Below the pieces are notes generated by a model. That model saw nothing but the letters and a program-made list of their open reading frames with translations. It was not told the origin of the DNA and made no database searches. Shown here piece after piece: positions 47,088-56,227 of a stretch of DNA of 64,000 nt. Location of the stretch: NCBI GenBank assembly GCA_965203175.1, contig OZ241867.1:5312001-5376000 (forward strand), in the 5' to 3' direction. Source of the stretch: Candidatus Latescibacterota bacterium (lineage in GTDB: Bacteria; Latescibacterota; UBA2968; UBA8231). Position 1 is the first letter of the stretch. Every line of letters begins with the position of its first letter. A program made the translations under genes and the position numbers.

Positions 47088-47761
47088 ACGCAGCCCCGGC
47101 TCTCGCCGCAACCGACGTCTGCAAGCACTTCGCCCTCGGCGACCAGACCGTCGACGTGCTGCGCGGCGTCTCGCTGCACGTCGAGATGGGTCAGTCCTTG
47201 GCGCTTATTGGTCCGTCCGGCTCGGGCAAGAGCACCTTGCTGCACCTGCTCGGCACCCTCGAACCTCCAACCTCGGGCCAAATCGCCATCAGTGGCCAAG
47301 ACCCACTAGCCCTCCCCGAACCGCAACTCGCCCGCTTCCGCAACCAGCACATCGGCTTCGTCTTCCAAAACCACCACCTGCTGCCCCAGTACTCAGCCCT
47401 CGAAAACGCCCTAATCCCCACCCTCGCCTTTCCCCAAGCCGACCGGCGCGAGCGCGCCTGTGATCTTTTAACCGCCGTCGGTCTAGCAGAACGCCTGCAC
47501 CACCGCCCCGCCGAGCTTTCCGGCGGCGAGTGCCAGCGCGTGGCCGTGGCGCGTGCCTTGATCAACAAGCCCGGTCTCTTGCTCTGCGACGAGCCTACCG
47601 GCAGCCTCGACCGCCAGACAGCCACCACCGTCGCCGACCTGCTCTTCACACTGCACCGCGCCGAACAAGCTGCTCTCGTCATCGCAACCCACGACCTCGA
47701 ACTAGCTGCGCGCTGCGACCACCGCCTGCATCTGCGCGAGGGGACGTGCGTCGAAGCCTAG
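47084..47761 (+). CDS. ABC ATP-binding protein (LolD/MacB-like)
   Basis: Motifs GPSGSGKS, GFVFQ, LSGGECQR and CDEPTG. Confidence 0.93.
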   Translation: MNAAPALAATDVCKHFALGDQTVDVLRGVSLHVEMGQSLALIGPSGSGKSTLLHLLGTLEPPTSGQIAISGQDPLALPEPQLARFRNQHIGFVFQNHHLLPQYSALENALIPTLAFPQADRRERACDLLTAVGLAERLHHRPAELSGGECQRVAVARALINKPGLLLCDEPTGSLDRQTATTVADLLFTLHRAEQAALVIATHDLELAARCDHRLHLREGTCVEA

Positions 47762-50700
47762 TCTACTACTGGCGGGTTCACCTAGGGCTGCTGCTAGGGA
47801 CCGCTGTCGCCACAACCGCCCTGACTGGCGCGCTCCTAGTCGGCGACTCCATGCGCGGCAGTCTGCGCGATTTGGCTTTAGAGCGCCTAGGTCAGACCGA
47901 TTACGCACTGCTCGCTGCGCACTTCTTCCGCAGCGACTTGACCACCGAACTGCCTGGAGGCCATGCACCTGTCATCCTCCTCAACGGCAGCGCCCGCCAC
48001 GCCGAGACCCAAGCGCTCGCCGCTGGCGTGCAAATCCAAGGCATCGACGTCCGCTTCTCCGCGCTCTTTCCCGAAAGCGGCTCCGCCTTGCGCGATGCCC
48101 TCAAACCAGCGCCCGACCAGCCGTTTCCTCCACTCGTCGTCAGTGCCTCACTGCAACGCGCCCTCGGCCTTGAACTAGGCGATGCGATCCTGCTCTCGCT
48201 GGAGCGCCCCAGCCCAACCTACCGCGAATCCCTCTTTGGCCGCCGCGCTACCGGCGATCTCGTCACCACTCTGCGCGTGGTGCTCACTGGCGTCTTGCCC
48301 GACAGCGGGGCGGGGCGCTTCGGCCTGCGACTGCAGCAGCACCTGCCGCTCAACGCATACCTCAACCTCCAAGTCCTCCAGCGCGCGCTCGACCAACAGG
48401 GTCGCGTCAACACCCTGCTCATTGCCGCGCCCAACAGTCAACACCAAGACCTGCAACACGCCCTCGCCCAGCACCTGAGCCTTGCCGACCGCAAGCTAGA
48501 CCTCGCGCTGCACGCCAACTACATCGAGCTCACCAGCACCCGCTTTGTCCTCGACGATTCGATTCGCACCGCCGCCTTGGCGAGCGCAGCCGCCTTACAA
48601 CTCAAAACCGCAACCTTCTCGACCTATCTGGCCAACGCCATTGAGGGGAACGGTCGCCAAGTCCCCTACTCAACCGTTACCGCCCTCGACGATCCTACCG
48701 GCCTCTACCTCGCCGACGGACGGCCCGCGCCACCCCTCGCCGCCGACGCCCTCTACCTCGACACCTGGACAGCCCAAGAACTGGCCACAACTCCCGGCGA
48801 TTCGGTCTCCCTGACCTATTACGTAGTCGGCCCGCGCCATGAACTCCGGACCGAGCAAGCCCACTTCCGCCTCCAAGGGATTGTGCAGATGCGCGGCTTG
48901 GCCATTGACCCAACCCTGACGCCTGCCTATCCAGGGTTGCAGGAAGAAGACGATATAACTGCCTGGGATGCGCCCTTCCCCATCGACATGGGGCAAATTC
49001 GCCCGCAGGACGAAGCCTACTGGGACCAGTACGGGGCCGCGCCCAAAGCCTTCGTCGCCTCCCATACAGGACAGCGCCTGTGGGGCAGCCGACACGGCGC
49101 GCTGACCGCCATCCGCTTCTATCCGTCCTCGTCCACTTACTACCAGACCTTGCGCCAAGACCTGCTAGTGCGCCTGTCTCCTGTGGCAGCAGGCTTCTCC
49201 TTGCGCCCCGTCCGCCAAGAGGCCCAGTTAGCATCAACTGGGGCCACGGACTTCAGCGGCCTTTTTATCGGCTTCAGCCTCTTCCTCATTGCCTCGGCTG
49301 CATTACTAGTAGTTTTGCTGTGCAAGTTCGGCCTCGAACAACGCGCCCGCGAAGCAGGGCTGCTGCTCGCCACCGGCTACCCGCTCACCGCGGTGGGCCG
49401 ACGCTTTTTGGGCGAGGGCATTGCCTTGGCCGCGCTGGGCGCACTGCTCGGTCTAGCCGGTGCTCCGCTCTACGCCTATTTGATGCTGGTCGGCTTGCAC
49501 ACTTTGTGGTTGGAGGCTATCGGCACATCCTTTCTCTCCCTCCACGTTAGCTGGCTCAGTCTGGCGGTGGGTTATCTATCCACCTTACTGCTGGTCTCGC
49601 TAGCGCTGTGGCGCACCGTGCAGCGCTTCCACCGCCTGCCCGTCCGAGCCCTACTCGCTGGTACCCTCGACACCGCACCGCGTCTCCCGCGCCGTCGCAG
49701 TGCCGTCCTCGCCGCACTTGGTCTGGTTATAGCTCTTACCTTAAGCGTTCTCGCCAGTATGGCCGACGCAGCAACGGCCGCTGCGCTTTTCTTAGGCAGC
49801 GGCACCGCGGCCCTGTTGGCGCTATTGGCCCTTTTCGCGGTATGGTTGCGCGCTCCAACATCGGGCCGCCTCAACTCCAGCCTCGGCTTGGGCCTCCTCA
49901 ACAGCACCCGCAAACCAAGCCGCAGCACCCTCTGCACCTCCCTCGTCGCCTGCGCCACCTTTGTCATCGTCGCCGCTGGAGCTCACCGACAGGTCGAGTG
50001 GTCAGACGATCCGGGCACGGGCGGTTTATCACTAGTCGCCGAGGCAGAAATTCCCCTGCACCAAGACCTCAACAGTGCGGATGGCCGCTTCGAGTTAGGT
50101 CTATCAACAGACTTGGGCACCGCGCGCTTCTTCCCCTTCCGCGTCCTGCCCGGCGACGACGTGAGCTGCCTCAACCTCTACATACCCCAGACCCCGCGCG
50201 TCCTCGGCGCACCGGCCGAGTTCATCCAACGCGGCGGCTTGCCCTTCCGACAGACGCTCCCCCTAACGCCAGACGAGCGCGCCAATCCCTGGCGACTGCT
50301 CCAGCGCGATTTGGGGCCAGGCGTCATCCCAGCTATCGGCGACTTTAATTCAGCGCAATGGATTTTGCACAAACGTCTGGGCGACGACATCCCGATTGCG
50401 GAGGGATTGGCCGTGCGGTTAGTCGGCCTGTTGGACGGCAGTCTGTTCCAGAGCGAGCTGCTCATTGCCGAGGACCGCTTCGCCGCGCATTTCCCCGAAC
50501 GCGAAGGCTACGGCTACTTCCTAGTCGAAACGGAACAACCAGCCGCCGTCACCGCCGCGCTCGAAAAGGGACTAGCAGCCTACGGCCTCGACGCCACCTT
50601 GAGCGCCGAGCGCCTCCGAGGCTTTCGCGCCGTCGAAAACACGTACCTGGCGACCTTTCAGACGCTGGGTTTGCTCGGGCTGCTCTTGGGTACCCTGGGT

Positions 50701-51018
50701 TTGGGGATCCTCATTCTGCGCAACGTCCTCGAGCGCAGTGGCGAGTTGGCGGCCTTGAGCGCCTGTGGTTTTCGCCGCGCCCGCCTAGGGGCGATGCTGC
50801 TCTACGAGCACGGCTTCCTCCTGCTAGCGGGAGAAGGGATCGGCAGCGCCGCCGCCCTCATCGCCGTGGCCCCCCGCCTTTTCGATCCTACCCCCTTGCC
50901 TTGGGCCTCGTTGATCTTCTCGCTTGGCTTGGTCTTCGCCGCTGGTCTGTTGGCGTGTGCTGTCGCTAGTCACTCGGCCTTGCGTCGCCCCCTGCTCGCG
51001 GCCCTCAAGGCCGAGTAA
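47746..51018 (+). CDS. Large duplicated FtsX/MacB-type ABC permease
   Basis: GTG at 47746. Two periplasmic domains, each followed by an FtsX TM cluster (EQRAREAGLLLATG; ERSGELAALSACG). Confidence 0.85.
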   Translation: MRRSLVYYWRVHLGLLLGTAVATTALTGALLVGDSMRGSLRDLALERLGQTDYALLAAHFFRSDLTTELPGGHAPVILLNGSARHAETQALAAGVQIQGIDVRFSALFPESGSALRDALKPAPDQPFPPLVVSASLQRALGLELGDAILLSLERPSPTYRESLFGRRATGDLVTTLRVVLTGVLPDSGAGRFGLRLQQHLPLNAYLNLQVLQRALDQQGRVNTLLIAAPNSQHQDLQHALAQHLSLADRKLDLALHANYIELTSTRFVLDDSIRTAALASAAALQLKTATFSTYLANAIEGNGRQVPYSTVTALDDPTGLYLADGRPAPPLAADALYLDTWTAQELATTPGDSVSLTYYVVGPRHELRTEQAHFRLQGIVQMRGLAIDPTLTPAYPGLQEEDDITAWDAPFPIDMGQIRPQDEAYWDQYGAAPKAFVASHTGQRLWGSRHGALTAIRFYPSSSTYYQTLRQDLLVRLSPVAAGFSLRPVRQEAQLASTGATDFSGLFIGFSLFLIASAALLVVLLCKFGLEQRAREAGLLLATGYPLTAVGRRFLGEGIALAALGALLGLAGAPLYAYLMLVGLHTLWLEAIGTSFLSLHVSWLSLAVGYLSTLLLVSLALWRTVQRFHRLPVRALLAGTLDTAPRLPRRRSAVLAALGLVIALTLSVLASMADAATAAALFLGSGTAALLALLALFAVWLRAPTSGRLNSSLGLGLLNSTRKPSRSTLCTSLVACATFVIVAAGAHRQVEWSDDPGTGGLSLVAEAEIPLHQDLNSADGRFELGLSTDLGTARFFPFRVLPGDDVSCLNLYIPQTPRVLGAPAEFIQRGGLPFRQTLPLTPDERANPWRLLQRDLGPGVIPAIGDFNSAQWILHKRLGDDIPIAEGLAVRLVGLLDGSLFQSELLIAEDRFAAHFPEREGYGYFLVETEQPAAVTAALEKGLAAYGLDATLSAERLRGFRAVENTYLATFQTLGLLGLLLGTLGLGILILRNVLERSGELAALSACGFRRARLGAMLLYEHGFLLLAGEGIGSAAALIAVAPRLFDPTPLPWASLIFSLGLVFAAGLLACAVASHSALRRPLLAALKAE

Positions 51019-51024
51019 CCAGCG

Positions 51025-52305
51025 CTACTGGCCAATGCAGTACAGGTGCGACTCCGTCCGCAGAAAAATCCGCCCTCCGGCGATGGCCAGCGACGACAGC
51101 GTATAGGCCCCGTCGAGTTCGTTAGTCGCCAGTACCTTGTACTCTGGTCCGGCCTGCAGCACAGTCGTCACCGCGTTTTCGTTGACCACGTAGAGCTTGC
51201 CGTCGGCCAAGACCGGCGAGGAGCTGACCGACCCCTGGGCCGTGCGCTCCGGACCCCACACTACCGCACCCGTCTTGGCGTCGAGGCAGGTAGCCCGCCC
51301 GCGATCATCGACCATGTAGAAATAGTTACCATCGGTAACAGCCGAAGGCACGTCTGGTCCGCCCGCCCCCGTCCACTTCCACGCCAAGTGACTCTCGCTA
51401 ACGTCTCCCGTGCCACCAGCGCGGAACGCTAGCACCGGATTGCGGCGACTGGTCGCGTACACCATCCCAGCAACCGCAACCGGCGAACCAACCACTCGGT
51501 AATTCCGCTCCTTGCCCGGATTCAAGCCGCCTGCCCTCCACACCTCCTCGCCGGTAGCCGGATCGTGGCCGGTGAGGTAGTCCCCACCGGAGACGACGAT
51601 TTGCGTCTGGCCATCGTATTCTAGGACCACAGGCGTGGTATAAGCATCCGGCGACTCGCCCGGCGCGTCGGTTGGCCGCTCCTGCCACCACGCGACCTTA
51701 CCGGTGGCCGCGTCAAAGGCGATCAGGTAGGAAGGATCGTCCGTGTTCATCCCGTGCAGGACCTCGACGAAGAGCTTGCCATCGTAGAGCAAGGGCGAGG
51801 AGGCGTAGCCCCACATCAGGCCGAAGTCGCCGTGCTCGGCCTGCAAGTCGTAGTGCCACAGTTCCTCACCATCCATGTCAAAGGCCCGGATCATTCCCGT
51901 GCCCGTAACGGCCAGCACGCGCTCGCCGTCCGTGACCGGCGAAGGCGAGGTGTTGTTGTGCTTGCGCCAATAGGCATTGCCCTCGTCGAGCGTGCGCTGC
52001 CACAACACGCTGCCATCAGCCGCTGACAAGCAGCCCAAAAGCAGTTTTTCGCCGCCCTGGATCTCCTCGCCCGTATTGGGCGACATCAAAAAGACCCGCT
52101 CGCCCCACACCACCGGCGTACTCCCGCTCCAAGAAGGCAGCTTCCTACTCCAGACTACATTCTCGCTCGTACTCCAAGTCGTCGGCAGGTTCACGGCTTG
52201 GCTAACGCCGTTGTGGTCGGGACCGCGCCACTGGGGCCAGTATTCTTCAGCACTGGCGCGCAAAGCGGCCAAAAATAGCAGTGAGACGATTGCGTAATTT
52301 TTCAT
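51025..52305 (-). CDS. PQQ-like beta-propeller protein
   Basis: Signal peptide, WPQWRGP, SPSPVTDG and LDAKTG..VW repeats. Confidence 0.9.
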   Translation of the reverse strand: MKNYAIVSLLFLAALRASAEEYWPQWRGPDHNGVSQAVNLPTTWSTSENVVWSRKLPSWSGSTPVVWGERVFLMSPNTGEEIQGGEKLLLGCLSAADGSVLWQRTLDEGNAYWRKHNNTSPSPVTDGERVLAVTGTGMIRAFDMDGEELWHYDLQAEHGDFGLMWGYASSPLLYDGKLFVEVLHGMNTDDPSYLIAFDAATGKVAWWQERPTDAPGESPDAYTTPVVLEYDGQTQIVVSGGDYLTGHDPATGEEVWRAGGLNPGKERNYRVVGSPVAVAGMVYATSRRNPVLAFRAGGTGDVSESHLAWKWTGAGGPDVPSAVTDGNYFYMVDDRGRATCLDAKTGAVVWGPERTAQGSVSSSPVLADGKLYVVNENAVTTVLQAGPEYKVLATNELDGAYTLSSLAIAGGRIFLRTESHLYCIGQ

Positions 52306-52336
52306 GATCTGCTCCTATCCATTAACTAAGTTCAAC

Positions 52337-53314
52337 TCACTCCTCCCAGTCGAGCAACACCCCAAGCGCCTCGTCCATGTCGTTGTAAAGCAAGTCAAAG
52401 GCTTTTGCCGCCTCAAAAAAAGGAAAGCGGTGCGTGGTCATTCGCTCTGTCTGAATAATTCCTGCCTGCAATAGCTCCATCGCCCGGCGTGCGGTCCCCG
52501 AGCCTATGCCCTGTCCATAATAGCCGCCCAGGATCCTGCGTCGCTGGATCTTGCCCGACATCAGCGGCAAAGGCGCGTCCTCGTAAAGCCCAATCAAGTG
52601 CAATAACCCGCCAACGGCCAGCATATCCAACCCCTGGTCGAATGCTTTAACCCCCGCCGGGCCACCGACCGCATAGACGACGATATCGGCATCAGCTCCC
52701 GCTGTTAGCCTACGCACCGCAGCAATAGGATCCTCTTCGGCGGCGTTGACTACCGCGTCGGCCCCCAACTCCTCGGCCAGTGTGCAGCGACTCTCCAGCG
52801 CATCAACGGCGATGATTCGACCCTTGCCATTGTGCTTGGCCACCTGCAACATCAGGCTCCCAACCAGTCCCTGGCCCAAAATCACTACCGTGTGGTTGGG
52901 TCCGATCTCCTCGATATCCACCCAAGTCACCGCACCCGAGACCAGGGGCCAGTACGGTGCCACGTCGAATTCCACGCCAGGCGGCATCGCCACCACCTGC
53001 GGCTGGTCCTGCGGCGCAGATAACACCGCTGGGCGCACCACGTATTCAGCGTGCGGTGCCAGCGCTACTACCCGGTCGCCTATAGCGTAGCAGTCGACAC
53101 CCTCTCCCAAAGCGTCTATCACCCCTGCCAGCGAATAGCCCATAATCTCGGGACTGACCGCGTGCTCACGCGTATAGCGTGCGCCGATCTCCGATCCCCG
53201 GCTGATCAGGCTGCACACCGCCTTGACCCGCACTTCCCCCGGCCCCGGCTCGGGCACCGGGACTTCCTCGATTTCGATATTAAACTGCCCTGTTGGTTTG
53301 ATAACTCGTTTCAT
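52337..53314 (-). CDS. MDR family (zinc-binding-type) dehydrogenase
   Basis: Motifs PEPGPGEV, SLISRGSE, GYS and GQGLVG Rossmann. Canonical Zn cysteines absent. Confidence 0.85.
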   Translation of the reverse strand: MKRVIKPTGQFNIEIEEVPVPEPGPGEVRVKAVCSLISRGSEIGARYTREHAVSPEIMGYSLAGVIDALGEGVDCYAIGDRVVALAPHAEYVVRPAVLSAPQDQPQVVAMPPGVEFDVAPYWPLVSGAVTWVDIEEIGPNHTVVILGQGLVGSLMLQVAKHNGKGRIIAVDALESRCTLAEELGADAVVNAAEEDPIAAVRRLTAGADADIVVYAVGGPAGVKAFDQGLDMLAVGGLLHLIGLYEDAPLPLMSGKIQRRRILGGYYGQGIGSGTARRAMELLQAGIIQTERMTTHRFPFFEAAKAFDLLYNDMDEALGVLLDWEE

Positions 53315-53333
53315 CTCCATGCCCCCCATTTTC

Positions 53334-54299
53334 CTAGGAACTAGCATATACGAGATAGCCTGCCGCCAACCCCACGCTGAGCAAGCAGGTAGCAACGACA
53401 AATACGCACGTGCGGCGCATATCCTCGGGCCGGCCACCTTCCAGGTCGTTCGCATCGCCCAACCACAAGTCTGTAATCTGCATCCCGTCCTGCCAAATAG
53501 GTCCAACCAACCGCCTTTGTAGCGCGCCGGCCGCGGTTGCTTCGCTCCACCCAGAATTTGGTCCCGGAACGAGCGCGTGCTGCTGCCACCCAACCACAAG
53601 AGCCTTGCGCGCCGAACAACGCGGCAAAAAAAACGCGACCACAATCATCAATACATACGTCAAGCGCGCTGGCAAAAAATTCAACACATCGTCGAGCCGC
53701 GCACCACACCAGCCAAAACAGCGGTAGCGCGGCGTCTTAAAGCCAACCATGGAATCCATCGTGCTGATGACCTTAAAAAGCACGAGGCCCGGTAGCCCCA
53801 AAAGCGCGTAGTAAAAAATCGGCGCGATAAAACCATCCACCGCATTTTCGCTCAAACTCTCCATACCCGCCCGCCGACACGCCGCCGCATCCATCCTCTC
53901 AATATCGCGGCCCACGAGCATTGCCGTTGCCTGACGCGCACCGTCCAAATCTGCGGCGCGGTCAATGGCCAAGCCGTGTTTGCATAGGTCTTTGAGCGCA
54001 ATGAGGCTGTACAAGACAAAGGCGTGAAAAAGCCAACCGATCTCCGCATGGACGCGATACAATGCAATCGCCAACGCGCATATCAACCCCACCCAAAACG
54101 CCGCCAAAACGCAAAACAGCACGCACCCACCGACGTATCCATCCAAGCGCAAGCCGCGCAGCACTCGCTCAAAAAAAGACAGCGTCGCACCCACCAAGCG
54201 AATGGGATGCAACGCATAGACCGGATCGCCGACAAGACCGTCGCAAACAACCGCGCAAACGAGCAACAGCAGATCGGGCGCGAGTATGGTCAGGTCCAT
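53334..54299 (-). CDS. cbiB: Adenosylcobinamide-phosphate synthase CbiB/CobD
   Basis: Motifs GDP..HP, VGRD, ESLSENAVDG, STMDSMVG, ARLDD..NFLPARL and PNSGWSE. Confidence 0.93.
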   Translation of the reverse strand: MDLTILAPDLLLLVCAVVCDGLVGDPVYALHPIRLVGATLSFFERVLRGLRLDGYVGGCVLFCVLAAFWVGLICALAIALYRVHAEIGWLFHAFVLYSLIALKDLCKHGLAIDRAADLDGARQATAMLVGRDIERMDAAACRRAGMESLSENAVDGFIAPIFYYALLGLPGLVLFKVISTMDSMVGFKTPRYRCFGWCGARLDDVLNFLPARLTYVLMIVVAFFLPRCSARKALVVGWQQHALVPGPNSGWSEATAAGALQRRLVGPIWQDGMQITDLWLGDANDLEGGRPEDMRRTCVFVVATCLLSVGLAAGYLVYASS

Positions 54300-55393
54300 T
54301 TCAAACGCCACCCCAAGGCCAAAGCATCGTACGCAATCGCCAGCCAGTCGTCTTCATTTGTCCGCAGTTGCTCGAAACACGACAAATAGGCCTCTGGTTT
54401 GGCAGCCAGCGCAGTCGCCAAGATAGCAGCTTGCTGACGCAACACCGGAGCGGCCAACTCCTGCGACAACGTACCATAGCGCACGCGATCCCAAACCGCG
54501 GCCAACGCATACGCCGCGGCGGCAACGCGCGGCTCGTACACCACGGACTTGAGATTCTTTTGCAACAGCGCAAAATCGTCCGCGCTCAGGCGCTTGCTCA
54601 TCTCTGCCAACAAGCATTCCTCTCTCATACCAAAGCGCCTAAGCGCGTGCACGATGCTGCGCGTATGCGACGGCTCTAGGCCATTTTGCCAGCGCAAGCC
54701 CTCCAACGTGGCCTTGCGCACGGCCTTGCCGATCAATTCGCCCAATTTGGCGTGATGCCCGGCGCTAGTTTTCGGCTTTCTGGTGGAGTCTAAAGGAGTG
54801 GCTATGCCGTATTGATCCGTGCCCGTGCCCGTTGCCAAATCGGGCGAATAGCGGCTCGCAACCGCGAGATCGCGCAGAGCCGCGGACTTGCCTTCGGTCA
54901 TAGTCACCACAGCCCGCGCCATCGCGCCCGGGGTGAGTGGCCAATTGACGAACAGCATAGTGTTGATCGTGCCCACATGGGGATCGTCTTCTTCGTGCCA
55001 CGTCGCCCGGTCGCCCGCACACCCCGCATTGCCCTCCACCCCAGCGGTTACAATAGCACACACGCGCAATTCAGCATGCGTTTCTACGACGCAAGCCGCA
55101 TAGTTCACATTGGCTGCCGTGCCCATCAGGGCGACTTGGTCTGGGGGCCAGTTGTGCTCCGCGCATACGTGGTGGTGATAGCCGGTCTCGCCGAGTTGTT
55201 TGAGCAAGACAAAGCGCGCGTCGTGCCCTTTGCCCTCGCAACTTTGGTGATTGACCAAGTAGCGAATGTCAGTGCTCAGACCTCCGTTACAGGCCGATGT
55301 ACTCAGCACCTGATGCGGCGTCTGCAAGCGAGCAATCAGAAAGCGCCCCTCGCGCGTCAGGTCGTAACACTCGTGCCGATCAATAACGTCCAT
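54290..55393 (-). CDS. cbiZ: Adenosylcobinamide amidohydrolase CbiZ (C-terminally extended)
   Basis: Motifs MGTAA, TAGVEGNA, GTINT, TEGKS, ATGTGTD and GHHAKLGELIG. Confidence 0.88.
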   Translation of the reverse strand: MDVIDRHECYDLTREGRFLIARLQTPHQVLSTSACNGGLSTDIRYLVNHQSCEGKGHDARFVLLKQLGETGYHHHVCAEHNWPPDQVALMGTAANVNYAACVVETHAELRVCAIVTAGVEGNAGCAGDRATWHEEDDPHVGTINTMLFVNWPLTPGAMARAVVTMTEGKSAALRDLAVASRYSPDLATGTGTDQYGIATPLDSTRKPKTSAGHHAKLGELIGKAVRKATLEGLRWQNGLEPSHTRSIVHALRRFGMREECLLAEMSKRLSADDFALLQKNLKSVVYEPRVAAAAYALAAVWDRVRYGTLSQELAAPVLRQQAAILATALAAKPEAYLSCFEQLRTNEDDWLAIAYDALALGWRLKWT

Positions 55394-55395
55394 CC

Positions 55396-56178
55396 CTAGC
55401 GAATGCCCGGCGCAAACGGCACCCACGGCTCGCCGTACTCGTTGCCAGCCCGATCCCGGCCCCGCGCCAGGTACACCGCGTGTGCTGCGTGCGGTCCCGT
55501 ACTCCGCACCTTCACCGTCGCTGGCATGTAGCGCATGGTGTAGCCACAGCGCCGCTTGGCGCTGGTGTTGGGATTGGAGCCGTGAATCATTTTGGAGTGA
55601 TGGATGTGGCATTGGCCCTCGCGGACCTCCAAATCGACGACCCGCGACATATCAACTTGCTCGGCGACAATCTCCCGCCCGAAGACATGAGTATTGCGAT
55701 CGACCTCCACATAGTCCGAAAAGCCGTGTCGATGCGAATCAGCCACCACCCGCATACAGCCGTTTTCGCGCGTCGAGTCGTCGATGGCCAGCCACACGGT
55801 CAGCACCTCGTGCTCGCTGAGCCGCTCATTCCAATACGCCGAGTCCTCGTGCCAGGGCACGCGCTTGCCGTCGCCGGGCGGCTTGCTGATAAAGTGGCTC
55901 GACCACAAGACGATGTCCGGGCCGATAAACGCCTCGACAAAATCGAGCACCTCATCGGCGAGTAGCCACTCGAAAAGCTCTGGGTGGGCAAAATGCGGCA
56001 CGTCCATAGCTTCGGGTCGTTTCCCCGGAGGCAAATCGGCCAACAAGCCAGCGAAGAAGGCCTGCAAGCGCTGGAACTTTTCAGCGGGAAAGAGCGGCTG
56101 TTGATAGACGAAATAACCGTGATCGCGGTAAAACTGCACGTCCTCGGTGGTCACGTGCAGGGGGTGGGAAATGCTCAT
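55396..56178 (-). CDS. Phytanoyl-CoA dioxygenase (PhyH) family protein
   Basis: Motifs WHEDSAYW (HxD), WLAIDD, NGCMRV..SH and HGSNPN...R. Confidence 0.92.
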   Translation of the reverse strand: MSISHPLHVTTEDVQFYRDHGYFVYQQPLFPAEKFQRLQAFFAGLLADLPPGKRPEAMDVPHFAHPELFEWLLADEVLDFVEAFIGPDIVLWSSHFISKPPGDGKRVPWHEDSAYWNERLSEHEVLTVWLAIDDSTRENGCMRVVADSHRHGFSDYVEVDRNTHVFGREIVAEQVDMSRVVDLEVREGQCHIHHSKMIHGSNPNTSAKRRCGYTMRYMPATVKVRSTGPHAAHAVYLARGRDRAGNEYGEPWVPFAPGIR

Positions 56179-56227
56179 CGGCGAATACCTTTCCTCGTAG
56201 TTGCAGCCTCAATATACGGCAATCCAC

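Noticed and set aside
7358-52305. PQQ biosynthesis or classical PQQ dehydrogenases / BamB
   Set aside because: No pqqA-E genes, no adjacent-Cys motif of quinoprotein alcohol dehydrogenases, no lipobox or bam context.
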